A program made the translations under genes and the position numbers. Source: Minisyncoccota bacterium (lineage in GTDB: Bacteria > Patescibacteriota > Minisyncoccia > Phycocordibacterales > UBA1550). From it: 64,000 nt of DNA. Positions 16,352 to 25,349 of the stretch are shown here, one piece after another. Every line of letters begins with the position of its first letter. The stretch's first letter is position 1. The stretch lies in NCBI GenBank assembly GCA_023229865.1, contig JALNYL010000001.1:87008-151007 (forward strand), written 5' to 3'. The notes below the pieces were generated by a model that saw only the letters and a program-made list of their open reading frames with translations, searched no databases and was not told the DNA's origin.

Positions 16352-18028
16352 ATGCTACGCACACTACCCATCAGTATTATCCTTGGAACCATCGCGCTTT
16401 TCGCTCAAACAGCAGAAGCGGCTACCCTCTTCTTCACCCCGGGAAGCGGCGAATTTGGCATCAACAAGGAGATCGTTGTAGATCTCAAAATCGACAGCGA
16501 AGGAGCTGGTATCAATGCAGCACAAGCAACTCTTCGCTTCCCTAAAGACATCCTTGAAGTAAAATCTATCAACAAGACGGATTCGACTTTCAACTTCTGG
16601 CTTGAGGAGCCATCGTTTTCAAATACTGATGGCGTGATTTCATTTGTGGGCGGAACCCCGTACGGTATTTCCGGGGCATCTATCCAGGTACTTCACGTTG
16701 TGTTTACCACAAAGACGGGCGGCACAGCACCCCTCAATATCGTAGACGCGGCGGTGACAGCATCAGACGGTAGTGGTACCAATGTCCTCACCAAGACAAC
16801 CGATGCAACCTTTACGATTTCTCCCGCAAAAACAGCCCCTGCAGTAGTTGTCCCCCCAACACAAATCGTCCGCGAAGCGACACCCGCAGCAGGGCTACCC
16901 ACAACACCAGTATTGAATGTGCCATTCTACGCTGACCCAGCCCTTTGGTATAACCACAGCAATGTCTTTACTGCCTCATGGGAACTCCCTCGCGACGTTA
17001 CGGGAGTTGCAACGACACTCAATAACCAGCCAAATTTCACTCCAAACACAAACGAGGGTCTCTTTGACAACAAGATGTTCCAGCCTCTCGCTGACGGTGT
17101 GTCATATTTGCACGTACGTTTCAAAAACTCAATCGGCTGGGGAGGGACTGCTCATTACCGTATCGCCGTCGACACCAAAGCCCCTGTCCCCTTTGAAATT
17201 ACTTCAAGCGAGGGCGCCACGAGTGACAACCCGGCTCCGACACTCACCTTTGCCTCAAGCGACGCACTCTCAGGGATTCATGAATATCGCATCAAGACAG
17301 ACAACGAAGCATGGATAACTATCCCCTCAAAAGACTTCCAGGGCTCATACAAACTCTCTATTAAAAATCCTGGCACACATCACATTACAATCCAAGCAGT
17401 AGATAACGCGGGGAACAGTATTGAAAACACTCTCAATCACGAAACGCTTGCGCTTGTGTCACCAGTATTTACCTTTACCACAGAAACACTTTTCTCTGAC
17501 GAAACAAAAGGATTAACATTCAAAGGAACAGCGATTCCCTCTACTGAAATTCTCCTCTTAATCAAAAGAGATGGAGCAATTATTGCAAACAGCACTGTCA
17601 ACGTAAGCGCTAATGGGAATTGGGAATTTACTTTTGCAGACCCCCTTCGCAACGGCAAGTACATCGCAACCATTCAAAACAGAGACTCTCGCGGGGCGCT
17701 CTCTCTCGTAGTAACAGCACCAGAAATATCGGTCACAGGTCGTTATACTAACCTGGTTATCGTTCTTCTTCTTGTCCTTATTGTTACCATTATCGCTGGC
17801 TCATGGTTCTATAAGAATCGCCGAGAACGCACTGCGCTGCGTATTCAAATGGCAGAAAGAGACACTGCAAATGTTTTTAAAATGATCCAAGACGATGTCA
17901 AAAAACTCCAAGAGGCCCAAAAGAGCAACACTTCTGTTAATGCTGAGTTTATTGCTGAAAAAATTAACAAGAACGTAGAGAAGATGGGGAAATACATCAA
18001 AGACGAAATCGGTCGCGCAAAGGACTAA
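16352..18028 (+). CDS. Membrane-anchored surface protein with an N-terminal cohesin-like beta-sandwich module, C-terminal TM anchor and cytoplasmic coiled-coil tail
   Basis: A signal peptide is followed by ~135 aa with a cohesin-like pattern (..EIVVDLKIDSEGAGINAAQATLRFPKDILEVKSI..DGVISFVGG..IQVLHVVFTTKTGGTAPLNIV). A TM helix (LVIVLLLVLIVTIIAGSWFY) precedes a charged coiled-coil tail. The start is 2 nt after the dockerin protein's stop. Confidence 0.55.
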   Translation: MLRTLPISIILGTIALFAQTAEAATLFFTPGSGEFGINKEIVVDLKIDSEGAGINAAQATLRFPKDILEVKSINKTDSTFNFWLEEPSFSNTDGVISFVGGTPYGISGASIQVLHVVFTTKTGGTAPLNIVDAAVTASDGSGTNVLTKTTDATFTISPAKTAPAVVVPPTQIVREATPAAGLPTTPVLNVPFYADPALWYNHSNVFTASWELPRDVTGVATTLNNQPNFTPNTNEGLFDNKMFQPLADGVSYLHVRFKNSIGWGGTAHYRIAVDTKAPVPFEITSSEGATSDNPAPTLTFASSDALSGIHEYRIKTDNEAWITIPSKDFQGSYKLSIKNPGTHHITIQAVDNAGNSIENTLNHETLALVSPVFTFTTETLFSDETKGLTFKGTAIPSTEILLLIKRDGAIIANSTVNVSANGNWEFTFADPLRNGKYIATIQNRDSRGALSLVVTAPEISVTGRYTNLVIVLLLVLIVTIIAGSWFYKNRRERTALRIQMAERDTANVFKMIQDDVKKLQEAQKSNTSVNAEFIAEKINKNVEKMGKYIKDEIGRAKD

Positions 18029-18043
18029 CCACACACACAAACA

Positions 18044-18072
18044 ATAATCCCGCCTTGTGGCGGGATTATTAA
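18044..18072. terminator. Hairpin terminator between convergent genes
   Basis: aATAATCCCGCCttgtGGCGGGATTATt, lying between the 16352..18028 (+) stop and the 18079..18501 (-) stop. Confidence 0.6.
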
Positions 18073-18078
18073 TTATAG

Positions 18079-18501
18079 CTATTTTATCTTCTCAGCTTTG
18101 TCTTTACATCCGAGACAACGACAACCATACGGCTTAATATGCTCATCTACATACTCCTTGCCGTAGTCATAGGTAAATTCCTCCCCTGCCGCAATATTCT
18201 TTTTAGCCTGTACAAATACTCGGCCGCCAAAGATTTCTACTTCACAATTAGGCTTGTGAGAGTGATTGATGTAGCGAGCGGTATTTGAGCGCGCACTGCC
18301 ATCAATCATACGAGTCTTACTTGTTTCAAAAAGATAAAGGTTTTCCTTGTATTCTTCTACTTCCTTCTTGCCACTTATAATCTTTCCCACATATTCAATG
18401 ATCCACGTCCCTTTCTTTACAGGTTCTTCGGCAAAAAGCCCGAGCCCCGCACTTGAACGCTTCACTTTATATTTTACATCACCGATTTTTGGAATTGCCA
18501 T
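18079..18501 (-). CDS. SET-domain protein (putative protein-lysine methyltransferase)
   Basis: Carries the SET signatures ARYINHSHKPNCEV (the NHSCxPN motif) and EEFTYDYG (the ELTxDY motif), with a Cys-rich post-SET tail CRCLGCKDK. The product is 140 aa. Confidence 0.75.
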   Translation of the reverse strand: MAIPKIGDVKYKVKRSSAGLGLFAEEPVKKGTWIIEYVGKIISGKKEVEEYKENLYLFETSKTRMIDGSARSNTARYINHSHKPNCEVEIFGGRVFVQAKKNIAAGEEFTYDYGKEYVDEHIKPYGCRCLGCKDKAEKIK

Positions 18502-18656
18502 GATTGATTTTCTTAATGAGTTTACGAATTTTAGAAAATCATCACCCCGTTAAATGATTTTTTACTAAAAATCCCTGCTTTGCAGGATTTAACTAGGGTA
18601 ATATATTTTTTATTTCGATAGTGTGTAGTATACGAGAAATAGTGTAAAATGCAAAG

Positions 18657-19931
18657 ATGAACGAGATCTCAAAAAAAGAACTTTCTTGCGACGTCGCAGT
18701 TGTCGGCGGTGGCCCAGCAGGAATGATGGCGGCTATCCACGCAGCTCAAGAAGGGGCTAGTGTTATTCTCGTTGAGAAAAACAAATCTCTCGGACAAAAA
18801 CTTCTCATTACAGGAGGCGGTCGCTGTAACGTAACCAACGCAACTTTCGACAATCGCGCTCTCGCACAAAAATACGGCCCCAAAGGCAAATTCCTCCTTT
18901 CCCCATTTTCAAAATGGAACGCGCAAGACACCGTAGACTTCTTTGAGTCACACGGCATGCCGACGAAGATTGAGCTCGGGAATCGTGTATTCCCCGTGAG
19001 TGACTCTGCGCAAAGTGTTTGGGGTGTTTTGGTGGCGCTCCTCAAATCTCATCAAGTAAAGATTCTTACCAGCTCCCCTGTTCTCAAAATAAAATCTTCA
19101 AAGGGGCGTATTGTGCATCTCGAAACCGAGGATGCGATCATTTCCGCAAAATCATTTATCATCACCACTGGCGGCACAGCGCGCCCAGAAACAGGATCAT
19201 CGGGCGACGGCTTCAAATGGCTTGCAAAGCTCGGGCACACCATCATTCCGCCCAATGCGGCGCTTGTCCCCGTTAAAACCGCAGAGGAATGGACACACCG
19301 TCTCCAAGGGCTCGCCCTCACCGATACGAAAATTACCCTCATCATAAACAACGTCCGCGCGGTCTCAAAAACAGGGCGAATGCTTTTCACACATTTCGGA
19401 CTTTCGGGGCCACTCGTACTCAACATGAGTCAGTCAATCGGTGAAGCACTTCGTGATGGAGCGACCACCGTACTTGAGCTCGACCTTTTCCCTTCGCTTG
19501 ACCACAAGGCACTCGACGAAAAACTTCGCACGCACCTCGCAAGCGCACAAAACAAAAAATGGACAAACGCACTTTCGGGATTCGTACCACCCCTCCTTGC
19601 CCCTGTCCTTGTTGAGCTTTCAGAGATTGATGGAGAATTACTCGTCAACAAAATCCCCCGCGACGCGCGCCTCGCCTTTATAAAGAAGCTCAAGGCACTC
19701 ACCATAACCCCCATCGGGCTTCTTGGTGCCGACAAGGCGATCGTTTCTTCTGGCGGTGTCGCTCTTACAGAAGTTGATTTCAAGACAATGCGTTCCCAAA
19801 AAGTCGAAAATCTTTACCTCGCGGGCGACATCCTCGACTTTGAGCGCCCCTCAGGCGGCTTCAGTCTTCAGATTTGTTGGACAACAGGGTTTATCGCAGG
19901 AACCGAGACCGCACAACACAAAATGCAATAG
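18657..19931 (+). CDS. HI0933-family (BaiN/aminoacetone-oxidase-like) NAD(P)/FAD-dependent flavoprotein
   Basis: N-terminal Rossmann motif DVAVVGGGPAGMMAAIHAA, followed by ITGGGRCNVTN. The length and the C-terminal ..GGVALTEVDFKTMRSQKVENLYLAGDILDF.. are typical of the family. Confidence 0.8.
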   Translation: MNEISKKELSCDVAVVGGGPAGMMAAIHAAQEGASVILVEKNKSLGQKLLITGGGRCNVTNATFDNRALAQKYGPKGKFLLSPFSKWNAQDTVDFFESHGMPTKIELGNRVFPVSDSAQSVWGVLVALLKSHQVKILTSSPVLKIKSSKGRIVHLETEDAIISAKSFIITTGGTARPETGSSGDGFKWLAKLGHTIIPPNAALVPVKTAEEWTHRLQGLALTDTKITLIINNVRAVSKTGRMLFTHFGLSGPLVLNMSQSIGEALRDGATTVLELDLFPSLDHKALDEKLRTHLASAQNKKWTNALSGFVPPLLAPVLVELSEIDGELLVNKIPRDARLAFIKKLKALTITPIGLLGADKAIVSSGGVALTEVDFKTMRSQKVENLYLAGDILDFERPSGGFSLQICWTTGFIAGTETAQHKMQ

Positions 19932-19984
19932 CCACACACAAAGCGGAGGTGTATAATGAGGATACATCAGTTAAATCAACCCCT

Positions 19985-21196
19985 ATGTACCCCAATCAAA
20001 AAACCAAACCTGTAGGACGTCGCGCGCTTATTGCGATTGCAATCGTTGTTATTATTTTTAGTATCGGAATTTCTTTCTTCTTTGCGCGAGAGAGTGAACG
20101 TTTCTTCTGGGAGGCCCGCACCAAATCAGTAGCCCAAGAAGTCGCCGAGGTAAGCGACCACGTGCTCAAGGAGAATTACATCGCTCGCTGGACCGAAGCA
20201 AGCTCTACTCCCCACCTTCAAGCATTCGCTCAAGGAATAGAGCGCGAGATCCCCACTATTGCGGCGGTAAGAATTTTCACAACCGACGCTGTGGTTGTTT
20301 GGTCTGACATCAGCGATATAAGTATTGGTGATACCGAGGAGGATCTCATCGCCCTAGAACCCGAGCTTCGCAAAAACGGAATTGCCATCGAAGAAGCTGG
20401 TGAGGGAGCAAAGGAAATCCTTGGGAAAAATAACCTGCTTGAAATTTATGCGGTTATCAAAGACCGTAATGGACAAATTATCGGATTTATTGAGTGCTAT
20501 TTTGACAGTAGCGACATTGCCGCCTTCGTCAACAAAACTCACGTCGCAATTATCGGCAGTATCATCACTGGCATTCTCCTTATCGTTTTCTTCTTAAGGG
20601 TTATCCTCCGACGACAAGACGATATTATTGTTCGACAAGCCTACGAACTCTCAAGTCTTGTAGATCAATCCCCCCTTGGTATTTACACCGTAGACATAAA
20701 TGGGAAGATCCTCTCTATTAATCACAAGATGCTAGAGATTCTCGAAGAAACAAGCCCAGAAAATATTTTTGATAAAAAAGTTTGGGACATTAAATCTATT
20801 ATGGCGGCCAACATTGAGGGGCTTTTGCGCGGAGTACTCACGGGAGTTCCTTTCAATAAAGAGATAAAAGTTACTCGTAGAGACGCAAGTGAGTCATACC
20901 TTCACTACCGCGGAACCCCTATTTTGGGAAGCGACGGGAAGACGGTTGAGCAAGCACTTTTTATTGTTGAAGACATCACCGAACACAAAAATCTCGAAAA
21001 AAGAGAAGAGGAGCACACGAAGGAGCTTGAGGAAGGGGTCGCAAAACGCACCAAAGAACTTCAGGATAAAATCGACGAGCTCGAGCAATTCCAAAAACTA
21101 ACGATTGGGCGCGAAATTCGCATGACCGAACTCAAGCAAGAAATGGAAACAATGGAGAAGAAAATCACAGACCTTGAAGCGCGCGCTTCTCAGTAA
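19985..21196 (+). CDS. Kinase-less membrane sensor: TM, ~190-aa periplasmic domain, TM, PAS, C-terminal coiled coil
   Basis: Start placed at MYPNQKTKPVGRRALIAIAIVVIIF, because the listed start overlaps the upstream gene. PAS segment LVDQSPLGIYTVDINGKILSINHKMLEIL. The C-terminus LEQFQKLTIGREIRMTELKQEM resembles the tail of the 41157..41516 PAS protein. Confidence 0.6.
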   Translation: MYPNQKTKPVGRRALIAIAIVVIIFSIGISFFFARESERFFWEARTKSVAQEVAEVSDHVLKENYIARWTEASSTPHLQAFAQGIEREIPTIAAVRIFTTDAVVVWSDISDISIGDTEEDLIALEPELRKNGIAIEEAGEGAKEILGKNNLLEIYAVIKDRNGQIIGFIECYFDSSDIAAFVNKTHVAIIGSIITGILLIVFFLRVILRRQDDIIVRQAYELSSLVDQSPLGIYTVDINGKILSINHKMLEILEETSPENIFDKKVWDIKSIMAANIEGLLRGVLTGVPFNKEIKVTRRDASESYLHYRGTPILGSDGKTVEQALFIVEDITEHKNLEKREEEHTKELEEGVAKRTKELQDKIDELEQFQKLTIGREIRMTELKQEMETMEKKITDLEARASQ

Positions 21197-21206
21197 ACCT
21201 TTCATT

Positions 21207-23081
21207 ATGGACAACGATCGCATTGACTTCAAAAAAGCATTTCGCTTCGAAGCATCACTTGTTGTTCTTTTCCTTGCGACATTCGTATTATATTTTTCAA
21301 AACTACTCCCTCACGAACTCGAGGAGGCGGTGTTTATTATCGTAGGACTTGCAGGGGTTATCCCTGTGGCAAAAAGCGCACTTGAGTCTCTTTTTGAGAA
21401 GAGGATTAACGTTGATCTTCTTGCTGCTATCGCACTCTTCTTCTCTTTTATAAGCGAGGAGTGGGGGTCGATGCTCTTTATCAACCTCATGCTCACTGGG
21501 GCGCGCATGCTTGACCTCTACACCAAGAGGCGTGTCCGCCTCTCTCTCGAGAGTCTTATGAAACTAAAGCCAGTGAAGGCGCGCGTGCTGCGCGAAGGGA
21601 AACCGATTGAAATCCCCCTGAGCGAGGTCCGCATCGGTGACCTTGTCATTGTAAACCTCGGCGAGCAAATCCCTGTTGATGGAGTCGTGTTTGATGGTTC
21701 CGCGACCATAAACCAAGCATCTCTCACGGGAGAATCTTTCCCTGTTTTGAAAGAAGTAAATTCTTCCGTACTTGCAGCGACCGTAGTCGTTTCGGGGAAT
21801 ATCATCATTCGCACAGAACACATCGGCACCGCGACAACATTTGAGCGCATGATCAAGCTCGTCGAAGCATCTCATCAAGCGAAGACAAGGATGAAGACGC
21901 TCGCGGAACGTTTTGCGAGTTGGTATATCGGGATCATGCTTCTCGTCGCAGTCATTCTCTTCTTGGTGACCAACGATACACGCCTCGTCCTCGCTGTCGT
22001 GCTCGTTGTTTGCGCTGACGACATTGCCATTGCTGTTCCCCTCGCCTACATCGTCGCAATAGGCACTGCCGCACGACATGGAATCGTTATCAAGAGTGCT
22101 GATTTTCTTGAGCAAGCATCAAAATTAACCACACTTATTGTCGACAAAACAGGGACCCTCACACTCGGGAAGCTTGCAGTAGCGACCATCCACCGGTTCA
22201 ATAACTACGACGAGTCCACCCTTCTTAAAACCGCGAGTGCCCTCTGTGCCCGTTCAAACCACCCCGTATCAGTAGCTATTCGTGAGCATGCAAAAGAAAA
22301 AGGATTTACCGAAGAGGCTCTTCAGCAATTCAAAGAAATCGAAGGCCGCGGACTTGTGGGCAAAAACAAAAATGGAGAACAAATAATGCTCGGGCGTCTT
22401 GAATTCTTGGACGAAAACGGGATTGGTGTAGATAGCGAAGTGGGGAATATTCTTACTGACGGTATACTCAAAGGAAACAACATGACACTCCTTGCGATCA
22501 ATGATCGCATCGTGGGAATCTTTGCCCTCGAAGATGAAGTTCGAAGCGGGATGCAAAATACAATACAGACGCTCAAAAACCGCGGTATCAAAGAAATCAT
22601 CATGCTCACGGGCGACAACGAGGGCACGGCGAAAAATATCGCCGCAAAACTTGGTATTGATAAATATTATTCAAAGCTAATGCCTGAGCACAAAGTCTTT
22701 GTGCTCAAAGACCATCTTGGTAAAAACAATCGTATTGTAGGGATGGTGGGCGACGGCGTCAACGATGCAGCTGTCCTCGCGCAAGCTGACGTCGGTATCG
22801 CGATGGGAAGAATCGGCACCGACGCGGCAATCGAATCAGCGGATATCGTCCTTATGCAAGATGACTTCGGGAAAATTCTTGAGGTCCGTGAAATTTCAGA
22901 AAAAGTACGTAATATTGTGCGAGGAAACTTCCTTATCTGGGGAGTGGTCAACGCCATCGGCCTCTACTTTGTTTTTATCCACGTCTTTGGCCCATCGCAA
23001 GCAGCGCTCTATAACTTCCTCACCGACTTCATCCCTATCGCCAACTCACTCCGTATGTTCCAAAGCAAAAAATTGGTATAA
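21207..23081 (+). CDS. P-type ATPase (P1B-like topology, no N-terminal metal-binding domain, atypical TM6 motif)
   Basis: Has DKTGTLT, the TGES-like LTGESFP, and GDGVNDAAVLAQADVGIAMG. At the usual TM6 CPx position it reads VVCADDIAIAVPLAY, i.e. CAD instead of CPC. Confidence 0.8.
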   Translation: MDNDRIDFKKAFRFEASLVVLFLATFVLYFSKLLPHELEEAVFIIVGLAGVIPVAKSALESLFEKRINVDLLAAIALFFSFISEEWGSMLFINLMLTGARMLDLYTKRRVRLSLESLMKLKPVKARVLREGKPIEIPLSEVRIGDLVIVNLGEQIPVDGVVFDGSATINQASLTGESFPVLKEVNSSVLAATVVVSGNIIIRTEHIGTATTFERMIKLVEASHQAKTRMKTLAERFASWYIGIMLLVAVILFLVTNDTRLVLAVVLVVCADDIAIAVPLAYIVAIGTAARHGIVIKSADFLEQASKLTTLIVDKTGTLTLGKLAVATIHRFNNYDESTLLKTASALCARSNHPVSVAIREHAKEKGFTEEALQQFKEIEGRGLVGKNKNGEQIMLGRLEFLDENGIGVDSEVGNILTDGILKGNNMTLLAINDRIVGIFALEDEVRSGMQNTIQTLKNRGIKEIIMLTGDNEGTAKNIAAKLGIDKYYSKLMPEHKVFVLKDHLGKNNRIVGMVGDGVNDAAVLAQADVGIAMGRIGTDAAIESADIVLMQDDFGKILEVREISEKVRNIVRGNFLIWGVVNAIGLYFVFIHVFGPSQAALYNFLTDFIPIANSLRMFQSKKLV

Positions 23082-23088
23082 TAAACTT

Positions 23089-24594
23089 ATGCAGCTATCT
23101 AAAAAACATTTTATTATTGGCGGAGTTGTGGGAGCGATTATCATCGGCGGATTTATTATTACCAACAAAAAAGAAACTACGTTACCAGGCACAACAGTTG
23201 TAAAATATGGCAACATTGTTCAAGAAGTCAGTGTTACTGGTCGTGTAAAATCAACTACTACGGTTGATCTTGGTTTTGAAAAAAGTGGTCGTGTTGCGGG
23301 AGTTTATACTGCTGTCGGAAAGCACATAGAAGCGGGGAAAATTCTTGCCGAGATAGAATCTTCAAGTGCGGAAGGAAGTCTCCGTGAAGCAGAAGCGCGC
23401 CTTGCCGAACTCAAGCGCGGATCTCGCCCCGAAGAGCTCGCGGTCAAAAAAGCCGAACTTGCAAAATACACCCAAGACCTCACGAGTGCGTACGAAGGCG
23501 CCACGGATGTCTTGAGCGATGCTTTTACTAAAGCGGATGATGCCCTTCATGGCAAAACATCAGCAATCCTTTCTGGTGGAAAAACCTCATCATACAAATA
23601 CACATTTTCAATTTGTGACAGCCAGCTCACCACCGATGGTGAGTGGCTCCGCTACACAAGCGAAGTCGATCTCGACATATGGCGCAAAGAAAACCTCGCC
23701 TTCCCCACCACCCCATCTCATGAAGATTTGATACAGGCACTTGATCGCACAAAAGCACACCTCGAAAAAATCCTCGCGTTCCTTGAATCAGCGGGACACG
23801 CACTCTCTCTTGATTGCACCGTCTCCAACACCACACTCGACGCTCATCGCACCAATATCAACACCGCGCGCACAAATGTAAATACCGCACTTTCAAGCGT
23901 AAATACAAAAGCACAGTCAATTGCGGCACTTGTTCTTACGGTGCAAAAAGTAAAAAATGAGCTCTCACTTCTCGAAGCAGGCACTGCAAGCGAGGTCATT
24001 GCTGCACAAGAAGCGCGTGTCCTTAGCGCACGCGGAGAACTTGCAAAATATCGCATTGTCGCGCCAATCTCGGGGGTGGTAACGAAAGCAGGGATCGAAG
24101 TTGGAGAAGGTTCGACAATGGGCACCACGGTATTTTCAATTATCTCAGACACATCATTCAAAGCCGAATCACATGTGCCTGAGGCAGACATCGCAAAAAT
24201 AAAACTTGGCGACATGGCAAAGGTAACGCTCGACGCGTACGGCCCCGATGTTGTTTTTGAAGCACGTGTTACCGAAATAGAACCAGCGGAAACCATCGTC
24301 GACAACGTCCCTACCTACAAAACAACATTCCACTTTACTCAAAACGATCCACGCATCAAGTCAGGGATGACCGCCAATATCGACGTAAGGACCGCCTCGC
24401 GCGAAAACGCACTCTATGTTCCTGAGCGCGCGATTATCAACAAAAATGGTGAAAAGTTCATCCGCGTGGTCGCGAGCGACAATACGACAACCGACGTGGT
24501 CGTAACCACGGGGCTCAAAGGTTCTGATGGCTCTATTGAGGTCCTTACGGGCGTCAAACAAGGCGATACCATCATTATGGCACCCAAGGACTAA
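23089..24594 (+). CDS. Periplasmic adaptor (HlyD/MacA-type membrane fusion protein) of a tripartite ABC efflux system
   Basis: N-terminal TM anchor, a long coiled-coil/alpha-hairpin region, and C-terminal beta-barrel/MP domains (..VTLDAYGPDVVFEARVTEIEP..). It lies directly upstream of MacB-like ABC genes. Confidence 0.75.
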   Translation: MQLSKKHFIIGGVVGAIIIGGFIITNKKETTLPGTTVVKYGNIVQEVSVTGRVKSTTTVDLGFEKSGRVAGVYTAVGKHIEAGKILAEIESSSAEGSLREAEARLAELKRGSRPEELAVKKAELAKYTQDLTSAYEGATDVLSDAFTKADDALHGKTSAILSGGKTSSYKYTFSICDSQLTTDGEWLRYTSEVDLDIWRKENLAFPTTPSHEDLIQALDRTKAHLEKILAFLESAGHALSLDCTVSNTTLDAHRTNINTARTNVNTALSSVNTKAQSIAALVLTVQKVKNELSLLEAGTASEVIAAQEARVLSARGELAKYRIVAPISGVVTKAGIEVGEGSTMGTTVFSIISDTSFKAESHVPEADIAKIKLGDMAKVTLDAYGPDVVFEARVTEIEPAETIVDNVPTYKTTFHFTQNDPRIKSGMTANIDVRTASRENALYVPERAIINKNGEKFIRVVASDNTTTDVVVTTGLKGSDGSIEVLTGVKQGDTIIMAPKD

Positions 24595-24625
24595 TTTACC
24601 CCTATCCCCTTTCCTAGCTCAAAAT

Positions 24626-25348
24626 ATGCCTCTTCTTGAAGTAAAAAATCTAATCAAAATCTACAAAAACGACGAGGTAGAAACTCCCGTTCTTCATGGT
24701 GTTTCTTTTTCAATCAACCGCGGGGAGTTCGTGGCAATCATGGGGCCATCTGGCTCTGGGAAATCCACCCTTCTCCACGTCCTCGGGTTTCTCGACGGCT
24801 ACACCGATGGTTCATATCGATTTGAAGACCAAGAAGCAAGCACTTACACAGGCGACGATACTGCGCATATCCGCAACAAAAAGCTTGGGTTCGTGTTTCA
24901 GTCGTTCAATCTCCTCCCGCACGCAACCGTATTCGAAAACGTACGCCTCCCCCTCTTTTATTCAGACATTCCAGAAGCTGAGTGGGACAAACGCACAAAA
25001 GAATCCATCGATCTTGTTGGGCTTTCTCATCGCACAGATTTCGACGTCACACGCCTTTCGGGCGGAGAGAAACAACGCGTCGCCATCGCGCGCGCACTCG
25101 TATGTAATCCTGATGTGATTTTTGCCGACGAGCCCACGGGTAACCTTGATTCAAAATCAGGGGGCAGCGTAATGCAGACACTCCAGGATCTCAACGAAAA
25201 ACACGGTCACACCATCATTCTCATTACTCACGAGACATACACCGCGGAGCACGCGAAACGCATTATTCGTATCAAGGACGGGCTGATTGAAAGTGATACT
25301 GAGGTCGCAGAACGTCGTCACACAAACGGAGGGGTCCTCATGAAATAA
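24626..25348 (+). CDS. ABC transporter ATP-binding protein, MacB/LolD-like
   Basis: Walker [10 protein letters not shown], signature [15 protein letters not shown], Walker [13 protein letters not shown]. Confidence 0.85.
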   Translation: MPLLEVKNLIKIYKNDEVETPVLHGVSFSINRGEFVAIMGPSGSGKSTLLHVLGFLDGYTDGSYRFEDQEASTYTGDDTAHIRNKKLGFVFQSFNLLPHATVFENVRLPLFYSDIPEAEWDKRTKESIDLVGLSHRTDFDVTRLSGGEKQRVAIARALVCNPDVIFADEPTGNLDSKSGGSVMQTLQDLNEKHGHTIILITHETYTAEHAKRIIRIKDGLIESDTEVAERRHTNGGVLMK

Positions 25349-25349
25349 T

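Noticed and set aside
22765-23088. Long 5' extension of the MacA-like ORF overlapping the P-type ATPase gene
   Set aside because: The extension lies in a different frame inside the ATPase gene and is Ser/Thr/Arg-rich low-complexity sequence. The ATG at 23089 follows the ATPase stop and starts with a TM anchor typical of membrane fusion proteins.
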